This document shows positions 49,826 to 63,564 of a stretch of 64,000 bases of DNA, piece after piece. A program made the translations under genes and the position numbers. The stretch spans positions 35,402,001 to 35,466,000 of the forward strand of contig NC_043002.1 of assembly GCF_006345805.1 (NCBI RefSeq), in the 5' to 3' direction. Position 1 is the stretch's first letter, and every line of letters starts with the position of its first letter. The notes beneath the pieces were generated by a model, which was not told the origin of the DNA, did not search any database, and saw only the letters and a list, made by a program, of their open reading frames with translations. Source of the DNA: Octopus sinensis. Lineage: Eukaryota.

Positions 49826-49985
49826 GGAGTGGCCTTGTGGTAAGTAGCTTGCTTACCAGCCACACAGTTCCGGGTCCAATCCCACTGCATGGCACCTTAG
49901 GCAAGTGTCTTCTACTATAGCCTTGGGCTGATCAAAGCCTTGTGAGTGAATTTGGTAGACAGAAACTGAAAGAAGCCTGTTGTGT
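49826..49985 (+). mobile_element. tRNA-SINE 5' half
   Basis: GGAGTGGCCTTGTGGTAAGTAGCTTGC...GAAAGAAGCCTGT. Confidence 0.85.
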
Positions 49986-50088
49986 GTATATATATATATA
50001 TATACACACATGCATGTATATGTATATATATATTATATATATATTATATATATATATATTCACACACACACATGCATATTTATGTGTG

Positions 50089-50124
<36 letters not shown>

Positions 50125-50125
50125 T

Positions 50126-50181
<56 letters not shown>

Positions 50182-50204
50182 ACACACACACATACACATG
50201 CATC

Positions 50205-51460
50205 ATCATCATCATCATCATTGTTTAACATCCGCTTTCCATGCTAGCATGGGTTAGACGATTTTGACTGAGGGCTAGCGAACCAGATGGCTGCACCAGG
50301 CACCAATCTTGATCTGGCAGAGTTTCTACAGCTGGATGCCCTTCCTAATGCCAACCACTCCAAGAGTGTAGTGGGTGCTTTTTATGTGCTACTGGCATGG
50401 GGGCCAGTCAGCCGGTACTGGCAACGACCTCACTCAAATCTTTTTATACATGCCACCGGCACAGGTGCCAGTAAGGTGATGCTGGTAACGATCACACTCG
50501 AATGGTGCCTTTTACGTGTCACTGGCATGGAAGCTAGTTAGCCGCTCTGGCAATGATCACGTTCGGATGGCGCTCTTAGCACCCTACTATCACGGGCACA
50601 AGTGCCAGTAAGACGATGCTGGTAATGATCCCACGCGAATGGTGCCCTTTATGTGCCACTGGCACAGAAGCCGGTTAGCCGCTCTGTCAACGATCACACT
50701 CGTGTGGTGCTCTTTGCACCCCGCTAGCGTGGATGCCAGTCATCGAATTGATTTTGATTTTGATTTCACTTGCCTCAACAGGTCTTCGCAAGCATAGTTT
50801 AGTGACCAAAGAAGGAAAAGGTATGCATAAGCGGGCTGGTTACACTCCTGGCATAGGCCACAGGTTATGGTCTCATTTGGCTTGCCGGGTCTTCTCAAGC
50901 ACAGCATATTTCCAAAAGTCTCAGTCACTAGTCATTTCCTTGGTGAGGCCTAATGTTCAAAGACTGTGCTCCACCACTTCATCCCAGGTCTTCCTGGGTC
51001 TACCTCTTCCACAGGTTCCCTCAACTGCTAGGGTGTGGCACTTTTTCACACAGCTATCCTCATCATTCTCACCACATGACCATACCAGCACAGTTATCTG
51101 CTTCCCCTCTGGCTAAATAAACCTGCCTCCTAGCTTCCCTTCTGGTGGTCTGATACACTTCCCTGCTACCACCGTTCTTCCAGACCTTCCAAGCCTGTTT
51201 CTTTTGTCTAATAGCCCTGTCAACAACATTGTTCCACCACCACGTCATTTTGGGTCGAGAGGGTACTTTGCACCATCCACAGATCTGGTTGGTGGCCCTT
51301 AGCAGGTTGTCCTGTAGGAACCTCCAGTTGTCTTCTACAACATGTGAAGCTTTATCCCCTTCTATTTCATCAAAGGCTTCAAGTAATATATCTCTAAATC
51401 TTTGTCCATTTCCAGGATCTTTAAGTCTCCAGACCCTTCTTCTTGCTGGTGGTCTTCTGG
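50205..51460 (-). mobile_element. RTE LINE with 3' UTR and a large internal deletion
   Basis: (CAT)n tail and UTR at 50205-50940, ORF end to ~51090, then a jump to the EN-RT linker region (PSRPKMTWWWNNVVDRAIRQKKQAW). Confidence 0.9.
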
Positions 51461-51837
51461 GCTATAATTGTAATCTAAACCTTTTAATATGTATCTCTAC
51501 AAAGTTTCATTGAAAAAAATATATATTTTGCAATAAGTTATGAGGAAGCAAAGCCAAGATGGGAAGCACCAATCTGCTAAATAGAATACATCAGAGATCT
51601 AAACTAAGGACTACTACTTGTAATAATATTAAATATTTGGAATTATGTTAATTTAGTCATGAAAAAAATTCCATAAGCTCATTTCTTAATCATTTGAACA
51701 TGAATTTCAGCTTATTCAAGTTACAGCATACTTACACATGCCCTGTCACCAACTATTTCATCATAACTTTCAGAAAAATGGATGTTTTTTTTAATGAACT
51801 ATACTTCAACTGGTATAAATATATGTATATATATATA

Positions 51838-52410
51838 TCATCATCATCATTATCGTCATTGTTTAACGTCTGTTTTCCATGCTAGCATGGGTTGGATGGT
51901 CTGACTAAGGTCTGGAGAGCCAGCGGCTGCACCAGGCTCCAATCTGATCTGCCAATGTTTCTACAGCTGGATGCTCTTCCTAATGCCAATCCCTTCGAGA
52001 CTGTAGTGGGTTCTTTTTACATGCCACTGGCACAAGAGCCAGTCAGGCAGGCTTGGCATCGATCACATTCAGATAATGCTTTTTACGTGCCATTGGCTTG
52101 GGAGCCAGTCAGCGGGTACTGGCATCAGCCACACTTTGATGATGCTTTTTACATACCACCAGCATGGGAGCCAGTCAGGCCACATTCGGATGATGCATTT
52201 TACGTGCCACTAGAATGGGAGCCAGTCAGGGGGCCCAGGCATCAATCACATTTGGGTAGTGCTTTTTATGTGCCACTGGCACAGGAGGCATTGGCCACGT
52301 TCGGATGGTGCTTTTTACATGCCACCAGCATGGGAGCCAGTCAAGAGACACTGGCCACAGCTATGATTTAGGTTTTACTTGATTCAACAGGTCTTCTCAA
52401 GCATATCATA
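51838..52410 (-). mobile_element. RTE 3'-UTR copy with about six repeat units
   Basis: (CAT)n, CCATGCTAGCATGG and repeated TTTTACGTGCCA...GGAGCCAGTCAG. Confidence 0.88.
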
Positions 52411-52874
52411 TCGCCCGATATGATATATATGTGTATATATATATATATATATATACACACACATACATACATATATAATATATATATGTATATACATATA
52501 TATATATATATTGATTGACGATTGCTTCATCTTGGCAGATGATAGCTGTCCCATCAACACACACACCACACCCATCACACAGCACAATCACTCTGTTCAT
52601 GTGCCCTTAGATGACATTTAAGGCCAGATTCTGACTGACAGGGTTTAAAACACAAGTGACAGATGTTATTCAAGCTTCTTCTATATCTTTGCCCTTTGGA
52701 ATCTGATTCTGAAGGAATGTTTTTGTGAACTAGCATATGTCTTTTAAGTTCAGATATTGTCTTACAAGTTTTTTGACATATGGCAAAGGGACAGATGATG
52801 TCTGGGCATTACGATTTTCATGTGACTTCATATGATTCACGTATCCTGCTTTTGCCAACACATATAACACAAAT

Positions 52875-52998
52875 CTAATATTCACCATTGATTACGGCAC
52901 CAATTGTTCCTTTGCGATAGGCCCTTTTAAGTTCAGACTGAACTTAAAGGGCCTGTCGCAAAGGAACGACTAGAACTGCAATCAGCAGTGAACATTGG
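52875..52998. repeat. 124-bp palindrome with a near-perfect 30-bp inner stem
   Basis: GTTCCTTTGCGATAGGCCCTTTTAAGTTCAG-A-CTGAACTTAAAGGGCCTGTCGCAAAGGAAC (52906-52967); outer arms are more diverged. Confidence 0.95.
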
Positions 52999-53181
52999 AT
53001 ATATATCATATGTATGTATGTGTATATAAATATACCCATACATACCAGAATGGACATAGCCAATCTGAAAGAAGCGGCCCAGGATAGAACTGACTGGAGG
53101 ACACTGATCTAACGAGTAACCGAGAGTTGACTTCGACTGAGTGGATAGATAGATAGATGTATATATGTCTTCTGTCTGTCC

Positions 53182-53215
<34 letters not shown>

Positions 53216-53264
53216 ATGTATCTATGTATGTGTGTGTGTGTGTGGTGTGTGTGTGTGTGTGTGT

Positions 53265-53560
53265 GAAGGCACATGGCTTAGTGGTGAATGTGTTGCACTC
53301 ATGACTGCAAGATCGTGGGTTTGATTCCCAGACTGGGTGTTGCATTGTGTTCTTGCGCAAAGCACTTCATTTCATGTTGCTCTGTGATGATTTCGACAAC
53401 CGACATGTGGCACCCATTGCACCTGTATAGGTAATGTCGATCTGATGGAGGGAGTGAGCTTATGTCTACGCAAACATTTGATCACTATAAACAAATTATC
53501 TGTGTAGTTGTTCGGTGAGAAATTGTTGAACCCTCATACATCATCTAACAATGGGAGAGT
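53265..53560 (+). mobile_element. tRNA-derived SINE (different family)
   Basis: GGCACATGGCTTAGTGGT A-box, GTTTGATTCCC B-box, TGTGTTCTTGCGCAAAGCACTT core. Confidence 0.75.
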
Positions 53561-55149
53561 CCATCATATATATATATGGTACCAGCCATTCTTCACACTC
53601 TCCTGTCTCAGAAAGCACTTTCTCTTTGTCCATCTATGTGCGGTCATTTCAAAAATGTAACTATATGTGAACTGTTGGCAATTTTTTCCTCCATCCTTTT
53701 CTTTTGGACTTTTCCTATGTCTTCTGTTTCCGAAGAAGAGCTATGCTTGACACGTAAAACAAATATTCTTTCCTTCTCTGAGCATCTTATTAATGCTGTG
53801 TTGTTGTTTTTTCTTGTCTTTTTCTCGTTTTTTTTTTTAATGAACTATATATATATATATATAGTCAATGTATTGTATAGTCTTCAGCTTTAGAGTCTGA
53901 CAAACTATCCATGTGCTAGGCCCTTTATGAATGTGAAACCATTAGTCACTTTATGACTGGACATAGATTAATTGCTTATAAATATATACATACATACATA
54001 CACATTTATATATATATATATTCAAGAACAAACAGAAAAACAGGATAAACAGCAAAGGTTAATTGGTTGCACCCAGTGAACATATTAGGCAGACACTCAG
54101 TAAAAGCTTTTGATGGAAGAATTGGGAATGAAAATATGATGTTTTGAGCATGACTCTTTGTCAGATAGAGGAAGAAAGCCTAGGGATGAAGAAATGGAGG
54201 AAAGAACTGGTATCATCAGGAAAAGCATGTGTCATGATGTGCCTAAAAAAAAACTGACCAGAAGTTGGAAATAGAAAATGTGGTTTTTGAAGACAAAGGC
54301 GTGCATAATAGGCTTCTGTGTGTGTGTGTGTGTGTGTGCGCGCGTGCGTGTGTGGTACTTGTGTATGTAGAGTGTATATAATTATATATCTTCTTATATA
54401 AACATGTACAGAATGTATATGTTAGTTTATGTATAACATGTTTGTGCATTAGGGATTGTTGTAAGAGAGCTCTTTTGTCTATGCCATGATTATATGTAAG
54501 CACTTCCACGCATGTATGTGTATGTGCAGCAGCTATGTATGTTGTATGTCTATGTGTAGGTGTGTGTAAGCTATGCATGTGAGAGTGTAAAAGATAAGTG
54601 GATAGAGAAAAGGATGGGGAAAAGAGAGGAAAGGAGAATGAGATCTGTGAGAAAAAACGGAAGTTGGAAGCTGTTACAAGAAAGTTGTGTGCACACAGTG
54701 AAAGAAAAGAGGTCCTGAAGAAATGCAGGTAAATAACTCAGCAATCTATGAACCTGAGTAACAAAATGACTGTTGAATGGTGTAGTAATCTATATGGGTT
54801 AGAAATCTTGTAACTTGTATAAACTATAAGTTACTTAGCAACTGATGGGTTTGTATAGTATTCACAGAGTATAACAATAACCAAACAAAGAATCAAGAGT
54901 TATATTCATATGTAACTTTATTTGCTTACATAAGGCTTTCAAAAGGCTTGGATACAGTATCCACATTATACAATGGTTTGTAAACATAATTGACAAATTA
55001 ATCAATTAACCAAACTTTTCTCATCAGAGCTCAAAAGTTGGTCTTTGTCTCTATAACATTATTTAAGCCTTTTGAAACATATGTAAGCGAATAAAGTTTC
55101 ATAAGAATATAACTCTTCACTCTTTGCCTGATTACATTCTCGGTCTTGG

Positions 55150-56400
55150 GGGAGTTTTACCAACAGTTCTTGAGAGGGGCCATGGGAACGAGAACGGGCC
55201 CCAATTATGCAAACCTGTTTGTTGGCTACGTTGAGGCACAAACATTTTCAAAATTCACTGGCCCCACTCCTGGACTATACAGTCATTATATTGATGACTG
55301 TATCGTGCAACCTCGCTCTCCCATGAACAACTAGACTCCTTCATCAGGCACAACCTTAGGATCTCTTTAACTGCACCCCCAATATTAAGAGCATTCTAGT
55401 TAGCATCCCTAGACCTTGAGCAGAGGCAGAATGCTCATGCAGGGACCACAACAGATGCACAGTGAGGGGCCACTGCAAAACCAAGGGAGTCATCTATGAA
55501 GCTGAGGTACTGGCCGACTCTAATAGCAGCAGCATCATTAGCAGCTCCTGCAATGGCTACTACAGTAACAGGGATGGTAGTACCATTAATAGCAGCAGCA
55601 GAGATACAAACAGAGCCACTGATAACAACAATAACAACATAAACGTCAGCAATGGCAGTATCCCTAATGGAAATAGTTGCAAGGTCAGCGCCAGTGATAT
55701 CTATAACAGCAGTGACAGCACCTCTATTAACAACGATGACAGTAACAAAAACACCAGCATTACCAACATCAATGGTAATGGCACTAACACCTTGGCCACC
55801 TCCAACGATGCCAGTACCAACAACAGAAGTAGCAGCAATGCCAACATTAATGCCAACACCTAGCCACAGAGGTACATTGGCTGCTCCAGGAACACGTTCA
55901 AACAACTTCTCTCCAACCACAGATCCTCCTTCAGGATATCAGAAAGGAGATGCATTATGTCATCAGCCAGCTATGTATGGCAGCTGAAAGACGATGGGAT
56001 TCCATATACAATATCATGGAGAACCCTTGAAAATCCAGGCCCCTGCATAAACAAGACCAAGTGTTGTAAACTATGCATTGTGGAATGGGTAAGGATTCTA
56101 AAGGACTCCCTCAACCTGCAAAACATCCTTAACTCCAGAACAGGGGTTTTTGGATCATGCTTGCATTTCAGGAAATTCTTACTGGCCTATTGGAACCCAC
56201 AGGATAACAGGGTCACTGGTAATTGATAGCCAGAGGAAAACAATCTCCTGTCGTTGACATTGAGTAGCAAGGTCATTTCCTCCTCCATATTCTAGAGAGG
56301 CCACTTGCTAGAGTGGTCTTAAGCCAACAGATTTTGGGATCAGATGATATGACATGAAGCTAAGTGCTTTATGGACGTGAGGTAATGTCATAAACCAGCC
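55150..56400 (+). mobile_element. Internally deleted Penelope-like element (RT fragment plus GIY-YIG endonuclease)
   Basis: GAMGTRTGPNYANLFVGYVE and HYIDD (Penelope RT); HCKTKGVIYEAEV ... RYIGCSRNTFK ... YVWQLK..GIPYTISW ... CKLC ... ILNSR...CLH.RKF (GIY-YIG). Confidence 0.9.
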
Positions 56401-56722
56401 TATTCTAACTTTTATATTATATACTGCTCTATAAATAAGGGTGTGCTTCTTTTTCAGATTTATGTTCTACCGACAATATGAGGTCTGATTAATAAGTATC
56501 CAGACCATACACACACACACACACACACACACATATTTATGCATGTGTGCACTCATGCAAACATGGTAAATTATATCTCTACAGCCCACTCACTATAGCT
56601 TTATGTAATATGTAGAGATAACTATACATATAAAAAGATCAAATTAAATGTAGCAACCAGCAATATTAGAATAAGATGTATAACTTAGAATGATGATGTA
56701 TACACACACACATACAGAAATA

Positions 56723-56814
<92 letters not shown>

Positions 56815-56832
56815 CACACATACACATGCACA

Positions 56833-57097
56833 TATTAGTGGTAATGACTGGGTGTATCCAGTACAATCAGTAGACCATAATAAGTTTCCATGACCAAAAG
56901 CATTAGCTGTGTCTAATTCAGGTTCTAAGTTAACAAACTGCTGCAGATGGTTGTATGATAGTACAATAAGAAACCAATTATCATTTATACTACTGTTAAC
57001 ATCGTTTGAAGATTTGTATTGATGCAAAAACCTCATTAGTCCCTCCTTATAGTTTTGAGCAATTGAACTAAAGATATTTGTCTATCAATATATACAA
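56833..57097. repeat. ~265-bp block duplicated at 63565-63830 (direct orientation)
   Basis: About 7 differences in the first ~155 bp and about 15 in the next ~100 bp, counted by eye. Confidence 0.95.
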
Positions 57098-57215
57098 TTT
57101 AATATGTACGCATGAATGCATGCATACAGAAGTATATGCTTGTGTGAAAATATATGTGGGTGTGTATGTATATCCATATGTACACATACACACACATACA
57201 TATATATATATATAT

Positions 57216-58090
57216 ATGGTCTGATGAATAAGTATCTGAACAGTTGTTGTCATAATAAACCCCGCAGAGTGAAACTGCTCAGCAAAAATTGACTTTGAAC
57301 TCTGCTGTGCATGCACACTAGGTTTAATGCTGTAGGTAAATTCCGCCGTTTACAGCAGGGATTGGAAGGAAGGTGTGTAGCATGTGATTGTCACACTGAC
57401 CATGACAGTGGAAGTTGTTATGGCGATACCTGCTCAGAGGCCAATGCAAAGTTGTAGAAAGTGTAAGGAGAGAAGGGTATGAGCTATACAAGTGGTTTAG
57501 ACATTTCCAACATGGCCAAAAATTGTTGATATTGATGAATGCTCTGGGAGAACCGTAGCCAGCAGAACTGAGAAAAACATTGTAGATGTGCGTGCAGCTG
57601 AGAGGGAAAAGTGTCAAATCGCCATCCATAAGTTATCAGAGGAGGTGCAGATTAGTTAAGGTTGAGTCCAGACTGTTTTCACAGATTTCGGTATCAGATG
57701 CATGTCTGCCAAGTTTGTGCTAAAACTGCTTTCAGCTGACCAAAATGACACTTGAGTTTCAGTTACATAAGATCGCTTTGATTGTGTCAAGAACACTGAA
57801 AACTTTTTGAAAACTTTGCATAGTCCTCTGAGCAGGTATTGCCAAGCTTTTGACAAAATTTGATGCAGATTCTCTGCTCGACTTTCTCTGTCATGGTCAA
57901 TGCGATGATCACATGCTACACACCTTCCTTCCAAGCACTGCTGTCAATAGCAGAAGTGAGCTGGAACATTAAAACTTAGTGTGCATGCACAGCAGAGTTG
58001 AAGGTCAATCTGTGCCAAGCGGCTTTCACTCAGTGTGCTTTAGCTTTGTTACTATGGCAACAATCCAGATACTTATTGATCAGACCACTT
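57216..58090 (+). mobile_element. Second copy of the long-arm mariner derivative
   Basis: GGTCTGATGAATAAGTATC / GATACTTATTGATCAGACC ends; decayed HTH and SAKFVLKLLSADQ; same junction as 30185-30999. Confidence 0.85.
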
Positions 58091-58317
58091 ATATATATAG
58101 TTACACATACACACCCACATATATTTTCACACAATTACATACTTATGCATGTGTGCACTCATGCATACATGATAAATTATATCTCCACAGCCCATTCATT
58201 ATAGCTTTATGTAATATGTAGATGTAACTATACATATAAAAAAAACAAATCAAATGTAGCAACCAGCAATATTAGAATAGAAGAGATATTATATAAGATA
58301 TAATAAATATATAGATA

Positions 58318-58725
58318 TTTGATAAGTAGCTTGCTTACCAACCACATGGTTCTGGATTCAGTCCCACCGCGGGACACTTTGGGCAAGTGTTTTCTACTAT
58401 AGCCTCGGGCCAATGAAAGCCTTGTGAGTGGATTTGGTAGATGGAAACTGAAAGAAGCCTGTCGTATATATGTATATATACACATCTGTATGTTTGTGTA
58501 TACGTTTGTGTGCCTGTGTTTGTCCTCCCCAGTATCACTTGACAACCGATGCTGGTATGTTTATGTCCCCATAACTTAGCAGTTCAGCAAAAGAGACCGA
58601 TAGAATAAGTACTGGGCTTACAGAGAATAAGTTCTGGGGTCGATTTGCTCAACTAAAGGTAGTGCTCCAGCATAGCTGCAGTCAAATGACTGAAACAATT
58701 AAAAGAGTAAAAGAATAAAAAGAAT
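58318..58725 (+). mobile_element. Near full-length tRNA-SINE
   Basis: Family head, core and AAAAGAGTAAAAGA tail. Confidence 0.9.
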
Positions 58726-58924
58726 ACATACATACATACATACATACATACATACATACACACATACACACATACACACATACATACATACATACATACA
58801 TACATACATTCATACATATATTCACTATGTTCGCAGATAATGGTGAACAGGTCACGGTCTCAAAGTAACGAAAATATTTTGTGGCTTATAAACACTTTCC
58901 ATGGTGCAATTGTTTATATATATA

Positions 58925-58956
<32 letters not shown>

Positions 58957-59009
58957 ATATATATATATATTAGATAAATAGATAGAGAGACACACATATA
59001 TTCTATCTA

Positions 59010-59058
<49 letters not shown>

Positions 59059-59084
59059 ATATATATAAGACCTGTTCAGGCATT

Positions 59085-59445
59085 GAAATTGAAATCGATC
59101 AAAAAATCAATGGAAATTGTAGTTGTGATACCAGTGCCGGTGGCACGTAAAAAGCACCATCCGAATGTGGCCGTTGCCAGCGCTGCTTTGATTGGCTTCC
59201 GTGCCGATGGCATGTAAAAAGTACCAACCAATCATGGCTGTTGCCAGCCTCACCTGGCACCTGTGCCGGTGGCATGTAAAAAGCACCCACTACACTAACG
59301 GAGTGGTTGGCGTTAGGAAGGGCATCCAGCTGTAGAAACACTGCCAGATCAGACTGGAGCTGCAGCCTCCTGGCTTTCCAGACCCCAGTCGAACCGTCCA
59401 ACCCATGCTAGCATGGAAAACGGACGTTAAACGATGATGATGATA
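59085..59445 (+). mobile_element. RTE 3'-UTR-only copy
   Basis: UTR repeats, terminal palindrome and (GAT)n. Confidence 0.88.
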
Positions 59446-59744
59446 TTAGATGTATATACACACATATATATTTGCACACACACACACACACATATATGCA
59501 TATATATTCACATATATTCACACACATATGTACATATAAATCAAGAGAGAGCAGTTAAAGAGGCTTAGGTTACAAAAAATATTAAGTCGAATCCTGAAGC
59601 TTTGCCAAAAAAATGGCTCCCACACTGTAAACACAATGATGATAAGTGAAATACTGAACAAACAGTTCAAAAGTGTTTTCATTATCCCTTCAGGACACAG
59701 GTAAGTGAACAAAAAAAAGGAGTTCTTTGCCACTATGCCTGTTA

Positions 59745-60600
59745 CCAGTAATAATTGATTACATTGGCATCAAAGTAGATGTAATACTGGCCATAAATGA
59801 GGTAGATGAAAACTCAGCTGCTGGCCCTGATGGATTCCCGGCATTCCTTCTCAAATCATGCAAAGGAGCCCTTATGAAATCACTGCAGCTTCTTTTTCGG
59901 AGCTTCCTTGCAAGTGGTAAGCTCCCAGGCAAATTGAAAAAGGGACTAATATATCCTATCCATAAAGGAGGAAGCAGAGCAGATGCTAAAAATTTATAGG
60001 CCTATGTCGCTGATCTCACACACCTGACAAAGCTCTTACTATGACTGGGTGTTAAAGTAGCTACTCAACAACTCAAATATAGTCATGTTATACCTTGACT
60101 TTGCAATACCCTTTGATAATGTTGGAAAACTTGAAGAGTTACTACATGTCTTTTTTTAAAAGACAGAAGTCAGGCAGTGATGGCCAATGGAACTACCTTT
60201 AAAGAAACATAGTGTTCCACAGGACACTGTCTTAGGGCCACTGCTATTCATAGTGGCCATATCAGACATGCCCTTAGTTGCTCAGATAGTCACCCTTGTT
60301 AGCTATGCAGACAGTTCAAAAGTCTCTCAGAAGATACAGAACCCTGGAGATATTGCACACCTGCAATAGTAGTTGGATGCAATATACAAGTTGGCTGAGG
60401 ATAATGATATACAGTTTAACTATGGAAAATTCTAAGCCTTGCACTACCAGCACACAAAGCTGAATAAAATGCAGACAGGATACACTGGCCTAGGAGAGAT
60501 TGCAATCCCTGAATCAAAATCAGTGGATGACTTGGACATTGACAGTAGTAATGAAACATCTTTCCAGGTACATATTAAGTTGGCAATACAATGCAGGCAG
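59745..60600 (+). mobile_element. Degenerate CR1-clade RT fragment
   Basis: SAAGPDGFPAFLLK, PIHKGGSR, VPQDTVLGPLLF, SYADSSKV. Confidence 0.85.
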
Positions 60601-60607
60601 CTTTATC

Positions 60608-60666
<59 letters not shown>

Positions 60667-61246
60667 CAGCATTGTTTTATAGTAGGTAGATGTAATACTA
60701 CATGATAAGGCTTCCCCTATCCCATTAGCATTGGTCTGCTTAATAGCAAACAACCTCTTGTTTGAAGTATCTTCTTACTGAACCAAATGGTTTTGCTTCT
60801 AATAAATTTTGATTTATGACTATGCCACTTAAATTGTCTATCTTCTTTACCCCACCCCAAACTGATACTACCCTCTGTCTTCACTCAGATTTGATAAACT
60901 AGTCTATAAAATTAAAACCGACCCCCACCCCCATTAAATCGGAATAATAGAAATAATCAGCGAAAAGCAGTGTCTTTTTTTGAGAAAATTTCAGTTACAA
61001 CTATGATGTTGTTGGTAAAACATGTTCTTTGTCTATCTCCTTATCCTCTTGGAGATTTTGGATAAAATTATACTAATATGTCCTTCAAATTTGATTAAAT
61101 TCTATGTTTTTTAGTGCAGCTGAAGATTGCTCTACATTTTAAATTGATGTGATGTTTACATTGTTCAATTAAATGGAGTCGCATGAAACTATCGTACTGC
61201 ATTACCTCTGGATATCCTTGTTACTTATTTTGAGTATATATATATA

Positions 61247-62183
61247 TCATCATCATCATCATCATCGTTTAGCGTCCGCTTTCCATGCTGGCATGGGTTG
61301 GACGGTGCAACTGGGGTCTTGGAAGCCAGAAGGCTGCACCAGTCCCAGTCTGATCTGGCAATGTTTCTACAGCTGGATGCCCTTCCTAACGCCAACCACT
61401 CCATGAGTGTAGTGGGTGCTTTTTACGTGCCAGACGAGGCTGGCAAACGGCCACGGTCGGATGGTGCTTTTTACGTGCCACCGGCATGGAGGCCAGGCAA
61501 GGCTGGCAATGGCCACGATCGGATGGTGCTTTTTACATGCCACCGGCACGGAAGCCAGTCGGGGCGGCGCTGGCAATGGCTACGTTCGGATGGTTCTCTT
61601 ATGTGCCACCGATACTAGTATCACAGCTACAATTTCCATTCATGTTGATCGATTTTGATTTTTGATTTTTTGATTTTTTGATTTTCACTTGCCTCAACAG
61701 GTCTTCACAAGTAGGGTTTTGTGTCCCAAGAAGGAAACGTATGCATAAGTGAACTGAGGCCATGGGATATGGTCTCACTTGTCCTGCTGGGTCTTGTCAC
61801 ACACAGCATACTTCCAAAGGTCTCGGTCTCTAGTCATTTCCTCGGTGAGACCTAAAGTTCGAAAGTCATGCTTCCCCACCTCATCCCAGGTTTTCCTGGG
61901 TCTGCCTCTTGCACAGGTTCCCTCAACAGCTAGGGTGTGGCACTTTTTCACGCAACTATCTTCATCCATTCTCGCCAAATGGCCATACCAGCGCAAATGT
62001 CTCTCTTGCACACCGCAACTGATGCTTCTTAGGTCCAACTTCTCTCTCAAGGTACTTACACTCTGTCGAGTATGAACACTGACATTACACATCCATTGGA
62101 GCATACTGGCTTCATTTCTTGCGAGCTTACGCATATCCTCAGCAGTCACGGCCCATGTTTCACTGCCATGTAGCATGGCTGTT

Positions 62184-62187
<4 letters not shown>
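61247..62187 (-). mobile_element. 5'-truncated RTE LINE with open C-terminal ORF and 3' UTR
   Basis: TAMLHGSETWAVTAEDMRKL...RWYGHLARMDED...GRPRKTW; (CAT)n at 61247. Confidence 0.95.
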
Positions 62188-62262
<75 letters not shown>

Positions 62263-62269
62263 TATATAT

Positions 62270-62570
62270 CACGTGACTGACCAGGCTATCAGATGTTGCT
62301 ACACATCGCTGGTCACAATGCGCTTCGCATTGTTTTAGCCTTCAAATGACGCCACCCCGCTGGCTAAGCGAGCAGTCCAACAGAAGAAAGAGTGAGAGAA
62401 GGTTGTGACGAAAGAGAACAGCAGGGATTGCCACCATCCCCCTGCTGGAGCCTCGTGGAGCTTTAGGTATTTTCGCTCAATAAACACTCACAATGCCTGG
62501 TCTGGGAATTGAAACCGCGATCCTATGACTGCGAGTCCGCTGCCCTAACCACTAGGCCATTGCGCCTCCA
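62270..62570 (-). mobile_element. tRNA-derived SINE (third family)
   Basis: Reverse-complement head GGCGCAATGGCCTAGTGGTTAGGGCAGCGGACTCGCAGTC...GGTTTCAATTCCC. Confidence 0.85.
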
Positions 62571-62596
62571 CATACACACATATGTATGTATGTATG

Positions 62597-62669
<73 letters not shown>

Positions 62670-62689
62670 ATCTTGTGGTACCAGTGCCT

Positions 62690-63546
<857 letters not shown>

Positions 63547-63564
63547 CACACATACACGTAAGAC

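Noticed and set aside
49932-50257. YI-rich ORFs (also at 36873-37126, 56644-56893, 62509-62799, 63778-63993)
   Set aside because: (TA)n tracts lack stops in some frames; not genes.
55435-55920. 161-aa Val/Ala/Ile-rich minus-strand ORF
   Set aside because: Antisense of the AAY/AGY low-complexity insert of the Penelope element.
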